From Eledone cirrhosa (Eukaryota): DNA of 63,010 bases. The stretch lies in contig CAXHJY010000629.1 of NCBI GenBank assembly GCA_964016885.1, positions 1-63,010 on the forward strand, read 5' to 3'. The notes below the pieces were generated by a model, which saw only the letters and a program-made list of their open reading frames with translations, had not been told where the DNA came from and did not search any database. This document shows, piece after piece, positions 1-12,940 of the stretch. Numbering within the stretch: the stretch's first letter is position 1; each line of letters begins with the position of its first letter. The position numbers were made by a program, and so were the translations under genes.

Positions 1-746
1 ACAGACTGAGTTTGAATGTGTCAACAGTACAATTGGTGTGACATCTTCACGGATATACAGAGCAACCCCACCATGAGTTCTCTCCTTCCTGTCCGAACGA
101 AATACAGTATATTTCGGTATGTATTTCTGCATCTGCTATACTGCTTGTCAGGTGCGTTTCGGTTAGTGCCATGCATAGTGCTTGATTGCTTATGGCTAAG
201 TCTCCCAGGTAGGAAATTTTACTCATGTTGCTGAGTTTCACCAGGCCCCTGACATTCAGCAGCAGCACTGGTGTGACTTTTGGGGTGCCAGTAATGGCTG
301 TCGGTATGACACTTGGTCTGGGGTCAGCGGCGGCCACTCTGTGTCCCTTAACTGCGGTGGTCTCGAGTGCTAGTGTGGATGACCCTGGCTCTGGAGACGA
401 TGCAGCCAGGTCAGCTGTCCCACAATCTTCTCTGCCATCACTAAAAAAATTTTCTGATCTGCTGCTGCCATCTGTATCTCGTCGGCATGTGCGTGCCTTC
501 TCCTTGTTGGTGCAGCACGCGCGACATCAGCATACTTCTGGAGCGGCTTTTTTCGGCTTTGGCTGGGGCATGTTGCGCGAGTATGATGGGCATAGTTTGT
601 TTGAGACCTAGGGTGGGCGAATCTGCATCCCATCCCTGTCTCTCCATGCCAGCATGTCCCGTTCTTGAAAAACTTGCACATTACTTGGGGTTTTTTGCTC
701 CCAGTTTCTTGGTGCTTTCTGTTCTTTCTTTGAACAGTTGTCCACT
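1..746 (-). mobile_element. 5' part of a CR1/L2-like LINE: ORF1 remnant with a CCCH zinc finger, followed by the start of an APE endonuclease; degenerate and cut by the window edge
   Basis: Minus-strand ORFs give CKFFKNGTCWHGETGMGCRFAHP (C-x7-C-x8-C-x3-H), then VLLLNVRGL...ALTETHL, the N-terminal APE motifs. Frameshifts and stops are present. Confidence 0.8.
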
Positions 747-756
747 ATATATATAC

Positions 757-809
<53 letters not shown>

Positions 810-1184
810 CATATTATATATATATATATATTATATATATATATATATACATATTATATATATATATATATATACATATTATATATATATATATATATAT
901 ATACATATTATATATATATATATACATATTATATATATATATATATACATATTATATATATATATATATACATATTATATATATATATATATACATATTA
1001 TATATATATATATATACATATTATATATATATATATATACATATTATATATATATATATACATATTATATATATATATATATATACATATTATATATATA
1101 TATATATATACATATTATATATATATATATATACATATTATATATATATATATATACATATTATATATATATATATATACATAT

Positions 1185-1218
<34 letters not shown>

Positions 1219-1307
1219 ATATATATTATATATATATATATATATACATATTATATATATATATATATATACATTATATATATATATATATACATTATAT
1301 ATATATA

Positions 1308-1338
<31 letters not shown>

Positions 1339-1843
1339 CATATTATATATATATATATATACATTATATATATATATATACATATTATATATATATATAT
1401 ATATATACATATTATATATATATATATATATACATATTATATATATATATATATATACATATTATATATATATATATATACATATTATATATATATATAT
1501 ATATACATATTATATATATATATATATACATATTATATATATATATATATATACATATTATATATATATATATATACATATTATATATATATATATATAC
1601 ATATTATATATATATATATATACATATTATATATATATATATACATATTATATATATATATATACATATTATATATATATATATACATATTATATATATA
1701 TATATACATATTATATATATATATATATATATACATATTATATATATATATATACATATTATATATATATATATATATATACATATTATATATATATACA
1801 TATTATATATATATATATACATATTATATATATATATACATAT

Positions 1844-1881
<38 letters not shown>

Positions 1882-2312
1882 CATATTATATATATATTAT
1901 ATATATATACATATATATATTATATATATATATATATACATATTATATATATAAATATACATATATATATTATATATATATATATATATACATATTATAT
2001 ATATATATATATATATAATATATATATATATACATATTATATATATATATATATATTATATATATATATATACATATTATATATATATACATATATATAT
2101 TATATATATATACATATATTATATATATATATATACATATTATATATATATACATATATATATTATATATATATACATATATTATATATATATATATACA
2201 TATTATATATATATACATATATATATTATATATATATACATATATTATATATATATATATACATATTATATATATATACATATATATATTATATATATAT
2301 ACATATATATAT

Positions 2313-2346
<34 letters not shown>

Positions 2347-2358
2347 ACATATATATAT

Positions 2359-2400
<42 letters not shown>

Positions 2401-2796
2401 AATATTATATATATATATATATACAAATATTATATATATATATATATACATATTATATATATATATATATACATATTATATATATATATATATACATATT
2501 ATATATATATATATATACATATTATATATATATATATATACATATTATATATATATATATATACATATTATATATATATATATATAAATATTATATATAT
2601 ATATATATACATATAATATATATATATACATATAATATATATATATACATATAATATATATATATACATATAATATATATATATACATATAATATATATA
2701 TACATATAATATATATATATACATATAATATATATATATACATATATATATATATACATATAATATATATATATACATATATATATATATACATAG

Positions 2797-2828
<32 letters not shown>

Positions 2829-2868
2829 CATATAATATATATATATACATATATATATATATACATAG

Positions 2869-2900
<32 letters not shown>

Positions 2901-2907
2901 CATAGTA

Positions 2908-2939
<32 letters not shown>

Positions 2940-2964
2940 CATATATATATATATACATAGTATA

Positions 2965-3000
<36 letters not shown>

Positions 3001-3322
3001 CATAGTATATATATATATATATATACATATTATATATACATATACATACATATTATATATACATATACATACATATTATATATACATATACATACATATT
3101 ATATATATATATACATACATATTATATATATATATATACATACATATTATATATATATATACACATACATATTATATATATATATACATACATATTATAT
3201 ATATATACACATATTATATATACATATACATACATATTATATATACATATTATATATATATATACATATTATATATATATACACATATTATATATATATA
3301 CACATATTATATATATACATAT

Positions 3323-3353
<31 letters not shown>

Positions 3354-3366
3354 TATATATATATAC

Positions 3367-3438
<72 letters not shown>

Positions 3439-3651
3439 TATATATATATATATATATTCACACACATATATATATATACACATATATATATATATACACT
3501 TATATATATTCACACACATATATATATTTATACACACATATATATACACACACATATATATCTATACACACATATATATATATATACACACATATATATA
3601 TATATACACACATATATATATATATACACACATATATATATATATACACAC

Positions 3652-3725
<74 letters not shown>

Positions 3726-4065
3726 CACATATATATATATATACACATATATATATATATACACATATATATATATATATACATATATATATACACACAT
3801 ATATATCTATACACACATATATATACACACACATACACACACACATATATATATATACACATATATATATACACACATATATATACACACACACATATAT
3901 ATACACACATATATATATACACACACACATATATATATATACACATATATATACACACACACACATATACACACATATATACACACACACATATATACAC
4001 ATATATACACACACATATATACACATACATACACGCACACACACATATATACACATACATACACG

Positions 4066-4107
<42 letters not shown>

Positions 4108-4110
4108 TAG
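747..4110. repeat. Compound (TA)n microsatellite with successive variant interruptions (CATAT, CATATAA, CATAG, CACA)
   Basis: Read directly from the sequence. Confidence 0.98.
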
Positions 4111-4477
4111 ATATCTTTCATATAGATAGATAGATAAACACATAGAGAGAGAGAAGATATGATGAAGCTCTACAATATATTTGAGATGACTCATGATAGA
4201 TTCCAACCGAAGGTCATAAGGAGCTAAACCATCACACAAAAGATTACGCGTCCACACCACTCCACACAGCAGAATTAATTAAGGGTGTAAAGTGATATTT
4301 CCATTACCAACTGGATGGACTAAGCCCTACTTTTTAGTGAAAGTGATCTTACAGTCACGCGAATATATATATATATATAATAGTAGAGCACTGGTAGGTT
4401 ATATTCGTAGTAGTAGAGTACTCAGGCCATGGGACGAATTTGGTAGAAGTAGTTCCACAATAGTTAATTCACCATTT

Positions 4478-4518
4478 CCGAGAACAATTGTTTCACCTTA
4501 GTCGGATCATCAGCTCGA
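4478..4518 (-). ncRNA. Minimal type I hammerhead ribozyme (family A), GUU cleavage triplet
   Basis: Minus strand reads tcgag-CTGATGA-tccgactaaggt-GAAAC-aatt-GTT-ctcgg. Stem I is 5 bp and extends through cattt/aaatg; stem III is the palindrome aacaattgtt; stem II is weak (2 bp). Confidence 0.65.
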
Positions 4519-4769
4519 TTTAAATGAGATTGTACGGAAAAGGAAAAAGAATTGTACGAATACGCATGTGCAGAAGAAGTCACGTTAAATCGGTGGGAGG
4601 GAGATGACTATGGAAATTCGGAATAATAATAGATTATTGTTTTAATTGCAACATTTTCCACAAACACAGTAAAGTAAAATAAAGAAAACAACACAATAGC
4701 GGCAATAAAAAACACTTTTAAAACTCAGACCCGTTTAAAGCAATAAGTCGACAATTTACTATATTATCC

Positions 4770-5265
4770 TTCTACTTTGCTCAGTGTCTACCCCTGGGTT
4801 TCCTGCCGATTAGTTTTGCATCTAATATCCGTCCGGCGATTCTTTCCTGAGACATTCTAACCCAAAGCCCGTAAAATCGGACCTCTGATCTCTCAATGCG
4901 TAGTAGAAACGGCTCTGCCTGGAGTGACTGACTGATCTCCGAGTCACGCATTCAATTGAATAACGTCACCCCAAAGACCCTTCGGAGGAACCCCATTGTT
5001 GCCGGTTGTATTCGGGATCGTATTCTTTCGGTCATTAGCCAAGGTCCATGACCATAGGTAAGGGTTGGTAGGAAGACGGAATTGAAGATAGCCAGTTTGG
5101 CTTTTACAGCTACTTTCCTTCTGATTACTAAATGCCGAAGCTAACACATTCCTTCAATTCTTACACTTAATTCAGCCTCCTGCCTTTCAGCACTCATGAA
5201 CACGGCCCCGAGATACTTGAACTTCTCCACCTGCTTCAGTAGAACTCCATTCACATATAGAGTGC
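4770..5265 (-). mobile_element. RTE-clade (Expander-like) LINE 3' fragment, degenerate
   Basis: Minus strand encodes LYVNGVLLKQVEKFKYLG and aligns by eye with the plus-strand copy near 49450. Confidence 0.75.
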
Positions 5266-5774
5266 TATATTACTTTACTTGTTTTATTACGACAGAAGGA
5301 TAAAATCGAAGTCAATACTGATGCTATTTGACTTCAGAATAAAGGGATGTCGATTAGATATCGTAATACATTTAAATCCACCGTTCTATCAATTGTGCTT
5401 ATCCAACCTCCTTATCAACAATGAACATCCTATAAATGTTTTAGCAGAAAATATTTAAAAGCGGATTCAAATGTCTACAAGTAGAAAGATCGTTGTGAAA
5501 AACTACCGTAAAGACTTTGATTTTTAATTTGATGCAATCATAAGTGTCATTTTGTACGTTTCAAGAATGTCTTGCTAATGTGGTTTCATGATACATGACA
5601 ATAAGATATTTTATGATTAATAAATCAATTCACAGTTGTATGAATAACATTACAAATATTGATAGTAATATGAAAAAAGAAAAGAAAAAGAGGATAGAAA
5701 TAAAACCAAGTAAGAAGCAAAGGAGAAACGAGTGAAGAAGGGCAGATCTGACTGTATATCAAAGAAGGAGAATG

Positions 5775-5977
5775 GGCCTTTAGCATTTAAAATGGCCTTA
5801 TCCGGCCAGAATTATCACCTCTTTCTGTTCAAACCAGCTGTAACTGGTCGCTCATACTGATCTTAAGGTATTGCTCTCAAAATAAACGATATCAAAATCT
5901 CAGAATTATGTGAGGTAAAGCCTTTACCGTGAAAATACAATAGTAAATATAGAGTAATCTAAATGCTAAAGGGATAA
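5775..5977. mobile_element. Putative piggyBac-like MITE
   Basis: Terminal inverted repeats cctttagcattt / aaatgctaaagg; the TTAA ends are degraded. Confidence 0.45.
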
Positions 5978-6061
5978 AACATCAGAAATAAAACAAACAC
6001 AATCCGATGTTGGAAAAGAAAGAAACAATGCTGTAATTGTAAAATAATGTACATTCGTAGT

Positions 6062-6345
6062 GAAGGCACGTAGCATAATGGTTAAGGCGTTAGGTTCCAA
6101 GTCATGAGTTCGATTCTCGACGGCATGTTGTGTCTTTGAGCATAATGACTTATTTCAGGTTAGCCTAATTCAGACAGCAGGTAAAAATGAGTTGTACCTA
6201 TAATTTAAAGAGCCAATCTTGTCACGACATTAAAGATACACGACATTAAAGATATCTGTATAAATGCCATGCCAGGTGCACGTTAATTTCACGAATAGGC
6301 TGGTCCATGGATCAACCAACGAGAACACCCGTCATCGGAACCGGC
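6062..6345 (+). mobile_element. tRNA-derived CORE-like SINE
   Basis: A-box-like tagcataatgg, B-box gagttcgattc and CORE-like gtgtctttgagca...cttatttc. Related copies lie at about 19213-19378(-), 21975-22200(+), 25300-25405(-) and 44718-45030(+). Confidence 0.7.
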
Positions 6346-7020
6346 GCAGGTGCAATAATGCCCGTTCGTACAAAACTATTTGCTCAGCGTCCTAGCCAAG
6401 TCTAATATGTGTCATAATGCATACCTCCGGGCTTTTAGATTAAATATTTAACTTTTCATTGCTAATCGCCCGAAATATACTATATCGTAATCTATCAGGC
6501 CGCAGCTTTGACAATACATAATTGAAGCCAAGTATCATACATCCAAATACTTCTGTACTCGAGTAAATCATCTCTGGTACTTTATAATAATGAAGCAAGG
6601 CTTCCCTCATCACCACCACCTTTTTCTTCTGGCAAGCAATATTTAAAATCCTAATGAGTTGAAGCTGAAATAAGTCTGCAGGTATATTAGCGTAATTAAT
6701 TAGATCGAGATTCAAAAGCTTATTTCAGCCAAATGAAACAGTTCACCAACAGATACTTTTACTACCACTACTTCATCTACCTTGCAGCCCACCCCTTATA
6801 TATCACCAGCTCACTCCCCATACGTCATAATTCATCTTAACTTTCCAATTATCAATCCTCGCAATGAAAACATCAGTTTTAATCTGTCATTTGACAGTGT
6901 TTAGTTTGCATAAGCATAACCAAGAGCCGCCACACAACTCAGGCATCATAAATGAAAACAAGAGATTGTGGCTGGCATAAACATATATACACTCACACAT
7001 TACAGAAAGAGAGAGATGTG

Positions 7021-7094
<74 letters not shown>

Positions 7095-7303
7095 ATGGGT
7101 TTGCTAATCTTGAAAGCAAAGCATTATTATTATTATTCCTGTTTTATAATTATCAGGAAAGAAAATCTGTTTTCTTTAGTCGCTTCCATTAGTAAAATCA
7201 GAGCAAGTTAATGACAAACACACACTATGTGCCGCCTATGAAAAGTAATTGCATATAATGAAGTACGTGCGTGCGAGCGAGAGCGAGAGAGAGAGAGAGA
7301 GAG

Positions 7304-7339
<36 letters not shown>

Positions 7340-8452
7340 AGTATAAACATAGATTAATAAAGTTCAATCTTGCTTGTATTATATAATAGCAATAACTATG
7401 TGCTTTAATAAGCAAAGATTACGAAGCACCATACTTGCAGATTTGTGAAAAGATAACTCACTGTTGATTACTTTCTTACTCAGTGTATTTAATATGGATG
7501 TGGCTTAGTGGTTAGATTATATGACATATGACCATGATGTCGTGAGTTCGATTTCTAGGCTGGGTGTGGCATATAGTTGTCTTCTGCTAACAACAAATTG
7601 GCTTATGAATCTTAGACCCTCAAATTCCAACTTCTAGTCCCGTAGAAGCCATTTCTATATTACATTTGTTGCATACACTCTACTAATGTATTGAGAACCT
7701 TACTGTGGTTACCCCCGATTGAATCCGAGACACACACATATATACATATATATATGGGGAGGATTTGAGTGGGTTACTTACATTTCGAACCTGCTAGCCA
7801 CTCAGCATGCAAGGACTATCATGTTGTGGACACCGGAAGAAAGGCAGGTCGAGGTAAATCTGGCGACGAATATTTTAAGAGCACCCCAATTGAACAGTGT
7901 TTCGTGCGTCTTAAAACGCAGGAGGGATGAAGACAACATTTTATAGCAATAGAAATGTCATCTGCTTTGATAGACAGGATAGACATTTATTGATAATGTC
8001 GAGTAAATATGAACAGAAAAAGACAAGTTAGAAAACATTTAAACTGATTAAGCAAAGTACGTTTTAGATTTATGTTTATGATATACACCATCTCCCATCT
8101 CCACCCATCAACCGTATATATATAGATGACATGACATTTATGAAACTTAAAACGTAACCTTAAAACTATTCAACTTTGATTTACTTCTTAAACGAAAACA
8201 TCGACTTTTTCTCTTTCACAAAACCATGGGTGATGTTACTCCGAAACAAGTCTTCCTTCTCCAAAGACAGTTGTTATAGAAGAACTGACAAGATCCACCC
8301 TAACAAAATCTCTCTCCCGTGCTTGCTTGCTTGCTTTCACTCACCTGGACACCCTTAAAGGGAGTTTCGGTTTTGAAATTGCAAAGATATTGTCGGTTAA
8401 TTAATTATATTTTTGCTCCTGCATGCCATATTCAGACAGCGAGGCGACTATT

Positions 8453-8675
8453 CTCTCTCTCTCATATATATATATATATAAACATTGTATATATATAAAT
8501 ACATATATATATACATATATATAAATACATATATATATATATATATATATAAATACATATATATATATATATACATATATATAAATACATATAAATACAT
8601 ATATATATATATATATACATATATATAAATACATATATATAAATACATATATATATATATATATAAATACATATA

Positions 8676-8717
<42 letters not shown>

Positions 8718-8756
8718 CATATATATAAATACATATATATATATATATATATATAA

Positions 8757-8791
<35 letters not shown>

Positions 8792-9212
8792 CATATATAT
8801 ATATATATATATATAAATACATATATATATATATATATATACATATATATAAATACATATATATATATATATATATATACATATATATAAATACATATAT
8901 ATATATATATATAAATACATATATATAAATACATATATATATATATATATAAATACATATATATAAATACATATATATATATATATATAAATACATATAT
9001 ATAAATACATATATATATATATATATAAATACATATATATAAATACATATATATATATATATATAAATACATATATATAAATACATATATATATATATAT
9101 ATAAATACATATATATAAATACATATATATATATATATATAAATACATATATATAAATACATATATACATATATATATATATATAAATACATATATATAT
9201 ATATATATATAA

Positions 9213-9249
<37 letters not shown>

Positions 9250-9316
9250 CATATATATATATATATATATATATAAATACATATATATATATATATATAT
9301 ATATAAATACATATAT
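8453..9316. repeat. (TA)n microsatellite with AAATAC interruptions
   Basis: Read directly. The same motif resumes at 10659, after the HHR array. Confidence 0.97.
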
Positions 9317-9437
9317 ATATAGACATAGAATATTCGAAAATATTCTGTATGTTTATAATAAACATTTTGAAGACCTAATCGCTATAGAATAGAATACGTC
9401 ACGTATTACAATTAGATTCTCGATAAAAGCAAGGGAA

Positions 9438-9480
9438 GTAATCTACGCGTTTCATTCTTGTTAGAAATCATCAGGACTAC
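9438..9480 (-). ncRNA. Type I hammerhead ribozyme (family B), inverted copy
   Basis: Exact reverse complement of the motif at 9837-9879. Confidence 0.85.
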
Positions 9481-9836
9481 ATATCCAGTGCTTCTATCGA
9501 GAATGACACAGCTAGAGACTTATAGAATACTTAGCTGTGTACAGGACAAGAATGAAACGCGTAGATTACTTCCCTTGCTTTTATCGAGAATCTAATTGTA
9601 ATACGTGACGTATTCTATTCTATAGCGATTAGGTCTTCAAAATGTTTATTATAAACATACAGAATATTTTCGAATATTCTATGTCTATATTCACATATAT
9701 ATCGCTATTTCAGAGCATTTATTCCAATTTCTAATTTCTGCCGGACCGGCAACCGCTCTTTCAAACCAGTTCCTGTACACAGCTAAGTATTCTATAAGTC
9801 TCTAGCTGTGTCATTCTCGATAGAAGCACTGGATAT

Positions 9837-9879
9837 GTAGTCCTGATGATTTCTAACAAGAATGAAACGCGTAGATTAC
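9837..9879 (+). ncRNA. Type I hammerhead ribozyme (family B) copy 1; predicted cleavage after A9873 (GUA)
   Basis: gtagtc-CTGATGA-t-ttct-aaca-agaa-t-GAAAC-gc-GTA-gattac. Stem I is 6 bp, stem II 4 bp, stem III the palindrome acgcgt. A 16-bp distal helix attctcgatagaagca/tgcttttatcgagaat closes the motif. Confidence 0.88.
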
Positions 9880-10146
9880 TTCCCTTGCTTTTATCGAGAA
9901 TCTAATTGTAATACGTGACGTATTCTATTCTATAGCGATTAGGTCTTCAAAATGTTTATTATAAACATACAGAATATTTTCGAATATTCTATGTCTATAT
10001 TCACATATATATCGCTATTTCAGAGCATTTATTCCAATTTCTAATTTCTGCCGGACCGGCAACCGCTCTTTCAAACCAGTTCCTGTACACAGCTAAGTAT
10101 TCTATAAGTCTCTAGCTGTGTCATTCTCGATAGAAGCACTGGATAT

Positions 10147-10189
10147 GTAGTCCTGATGATTTCTAACAAGAATGAAACGCGTAGATTAC
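10147..10189 (+). ncRNA. Type I hammerhead ribozyme (family B) copy 2; cleavage after A10183
   Basis: Identical to 9837-9879. Confidence 0.88.
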
Positions 10190-10456
10190 TTCCCTTGCTT
10201 TTATCGAGAATCTAATTGTAATACGTGACGTATTCTATTCTATAGCGATTAGGTCTTCAAAATGTTTATTATAAACATACAGAATATTTTCGAATATTCT
10301 ATGTCTATATTCACATATATATCGCTATTTCAGAGCATTTATTCCAATTTCTAATTTCTGCCGGACCGGCAACCGCTCTTTCAAACCAGTTCCTGTACAC
10401 AGCTAAGTATTCTATAAGTCTCTAGCTGTGTCATTCTCGATAGAAGCACTGGATAT

Positions 10457-10499
10457 GTAGTCCTGATGATTTCTAACAAGAATGAAACGCGTAGATTAC
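10457..10499 (+). ncRNA. Type I hammerhead ribozyme (family B) copy 3; cleavage after A10493
   Basis: Identical to 9837-9879. Confidence 0.88.
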
Positions 10500-10656
10500 T
10501 TCCCTTGCTTTTATCGAGAATCTAATTGTAATACGTGACGTATTCTATTCTATAGCGATTAGGTCTTCAAAATGTTTATTATAAACATACAGAATATTTT
10601 CGAATATTCTATGTCTATATTCACATATATATCGCTATTTCAGAGCATTTATTCCA

Positions 10657-10658
<2 letters not shown>

Positions 10659-10691
<33 letters not shown>

Positions 10692-10892
10692 CATATATAT
10701 ATAAATACATATATATATATATATATAAATACATATATATATATATATATATAAATACATATATATATAAATACATATATATATATATATATAAATACAT
10801 ATATATATATATATATATAAATACATATATATATATACATATATATAAATACATACATATAAATACATACATATATATATATATATATATAA

Positions 10893-10971
<79 letters not shown>

Positions 10972-10976
10972 CATAT

Positions 10977-11007
<31 letters not shown>

Positions 11008-11016
11008 AATACATAT

Positions 11017-11047
<31 letters not shown>

Positions 11048-11056
11048 AATACATAT

Positions 11057-11087
<31 letters not shown>

Positions 11088-11096
11088 AATACATAT

Positions 11097-11127
<31 letters not shown>

Positions 11128-11166
11128 AATACATATATACATACATATATATATATATATATATAA

Positions 11167-11203
<37 letters not shown>

Positions 11204-11250
11204 AATACATATATACATACATATATATATATATATATATAAATACATAT

Positions 11251-11281
<31 letters not shown>

Positions 11282-11440
11282 AATACATATATACATACAT
11301 ATATATATATATATATATAAATACATATATACATACATATATATATATATATATAAATACATATATACATACATACATATATATATATATAAATACATAT
11401 ATACATACATACATATATACATACATAAATACATATATAC
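10659..11440. repeat. (TA)n / AAATAC / TACA compound microsatellite
   Basis: Read directly from the sequence. Confidence 0.97.
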
Positions 11441-11853
11441 ATGGTGGCTGCCAACTCGTTTTCGAGTACGGCCACTACTTTATATCCATGTAGGAGAACC
11501 CCTACCGATGCGCTGAACGAGTGTGACTTTTTAGTCCAGCCAGCGACTTGAAAACTCTGGTACAAACACTACACCTGTGACAATTATTGACACTTAGTGC
11601 TGGGCCCATGGTACCATGTGACGACAAGTGCAGGGAGATCTCCAGATATAAAGCAATGCCTGTGCCGTGAAGCTTTTATAGTGAGCAAAGGCACTGCACA
11701 AAGCCAGTCCCACTCTCTTAACCAAGATGATATTTACCAAAAAGAAGAACAAGTCAACATCATTGGATACCATCAGAGTTGCAGGTGTTATATCAGAGTT
11801 TTCCTTCTCCTAGAATTCTGCCTTGACAAAGGCTAAGGGGTCATCTCTCCCGG
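11441..11853 (-). mobile_element. About 413-bp non-autonomous RTE-derived element; left arm of an inverted pair
   Basis: Reverse complement of 12530-12940. Contains RTE 5'UTR-like ctaggagaaggaaaactctga and a C-terminal zinc-finger remnant. Confidence 0.7.
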
Positions 11854-11862
11854 TGATTTTGG

Positions 11863-12529
11863 ATATGTATGTATGTATGTATATGTATGTATGTGTATGT
11901 ATGTATGTATATGTATGTATGTGTATGTATGTATGTATATGTATGTATATGTGTATATATGTATGTATGTATATGTGTATGTATATGTATATGTGTATGT
12001 ATGTGTATATGTATGTATATGTATATATGTATGTATGTGTATATGTATGTATATGTGTGTATGTATATGTATGTATGTATGTATATGTGTGTATGTATAT
12101 GTATGTATATGTGTATATGTATGTGTATGTATGTATATGTATGTATGTATGTATGTATATGTATGTATGTATATGTGTGTATGTATATGTATATGTATGT
12201 ATGTATATGTGTATGTATGTGTATATGTATGTATGTATATATGTATGTATGTATATGTGTATGTATGTATATATGTATGTATGTGTATATGTATGTATGT
12301 GTGTGAATGTATATGTATATATGTATGTATATGTGTGTATGTATATATATGTGTGTATGTATGTATATGTGTGTGTATGTATGTGTGTGTGTGTGTGTGT
12401 GTATGTGTGTGTATGTATGTATATGTATGTATGTATGTATATATGTGTGTATGTGTGTGTATATATGTATATATGCGTGTATGTGTGTGTGTATGTGTAT
12501 GTACATGTATGTGTATATGCATGTATATG
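11863..12529. repeat. (TATG)n/(TG)n microsatellite spacer between the inverted elements
   Basis: Read directly from the sequence. Confidence 0.97.
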
Positions 12530-12940
12530 CCGGGAGAGATGACCCCTTAGCCTTTGTCAAGGCAGAATTCTAGGAGAAGGAAAACTCTGATATAACACCT
12601 GCAACCCTGATGGTATCCAATGATGTTGACCTGTTCTTCTTTTTGGTAAATATCATCTTGGTTAAGAGAGTGGGATTGGCTTTGTGCAGTGCCTTTGCTC
12701 ACTATAAAAGCTTCACAGCACAGGCATTGCTTTATATCTGGAGATCTCTCTGCACTTGTCATCACATGGTACCATGGGCCCTGCACTATGTGTCAATAAT
12801 GGTCACAAGTGTAGTCTTTGTGCCAGAGTTTTCAAGTCGCTGGCTGGACTAAAGTCACATTCGTTCAGCGCATCGGTAGGGGTTCTCCTACATGGATATA
12901 AAGTAGTGGCCGTACTCGAAAACGAGTTGGCAGCCACCAT
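12530..12940 (+). mobile_element. About 411-bp non-autonomous RTE-derived element; right arm of the inverted pair, with a (TATG)n tail running to about 13187
   Basis: Encodes [20 protein letters not shown], resembling the C-terminal zinc finger of RTE-BovB-type ORFs; it ends in gcagccaccat followed by the microsatellite. Confidence 0.7.

Larger units (their letters stand above)
9317..10658 (+). mobile_element. Non-coding HHR-bearing tandem array: about 3.6 x 310 bp direct units (9546-10658) preceded by an inverted 230-bp copy (9317-9546); retrozyme / Penelope pLTR-like
   Basis: tcctgatgat occurs at 9841, 10151 and 10461 (period 310) and the units look identical. 9317-9546 is the reverse complement of tcctgtacac...atgtctatat. 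No ORF is present. Confidence 0.9.

Noticed and set aside
4150-4360. Hammerhead-like strings (atgatga...gactcatgata; ctggatgg-actaag...tttagt-gaaa)
   Set aside because: The cores are broken and stem I cannot be closed without assuming several mutations.
9546-10658. CRISPR array or ordinary satellite
   Set aside because: The units are fully identical with no unique spacers, the context is eukaryotic, and each full unit holds a hammerhead.
12800-12865. Host C2H2 zinc-finger gene
   Set aside because: A single incomplete finger inside a repeated RTE-derived element; the other copy is frameshifted.
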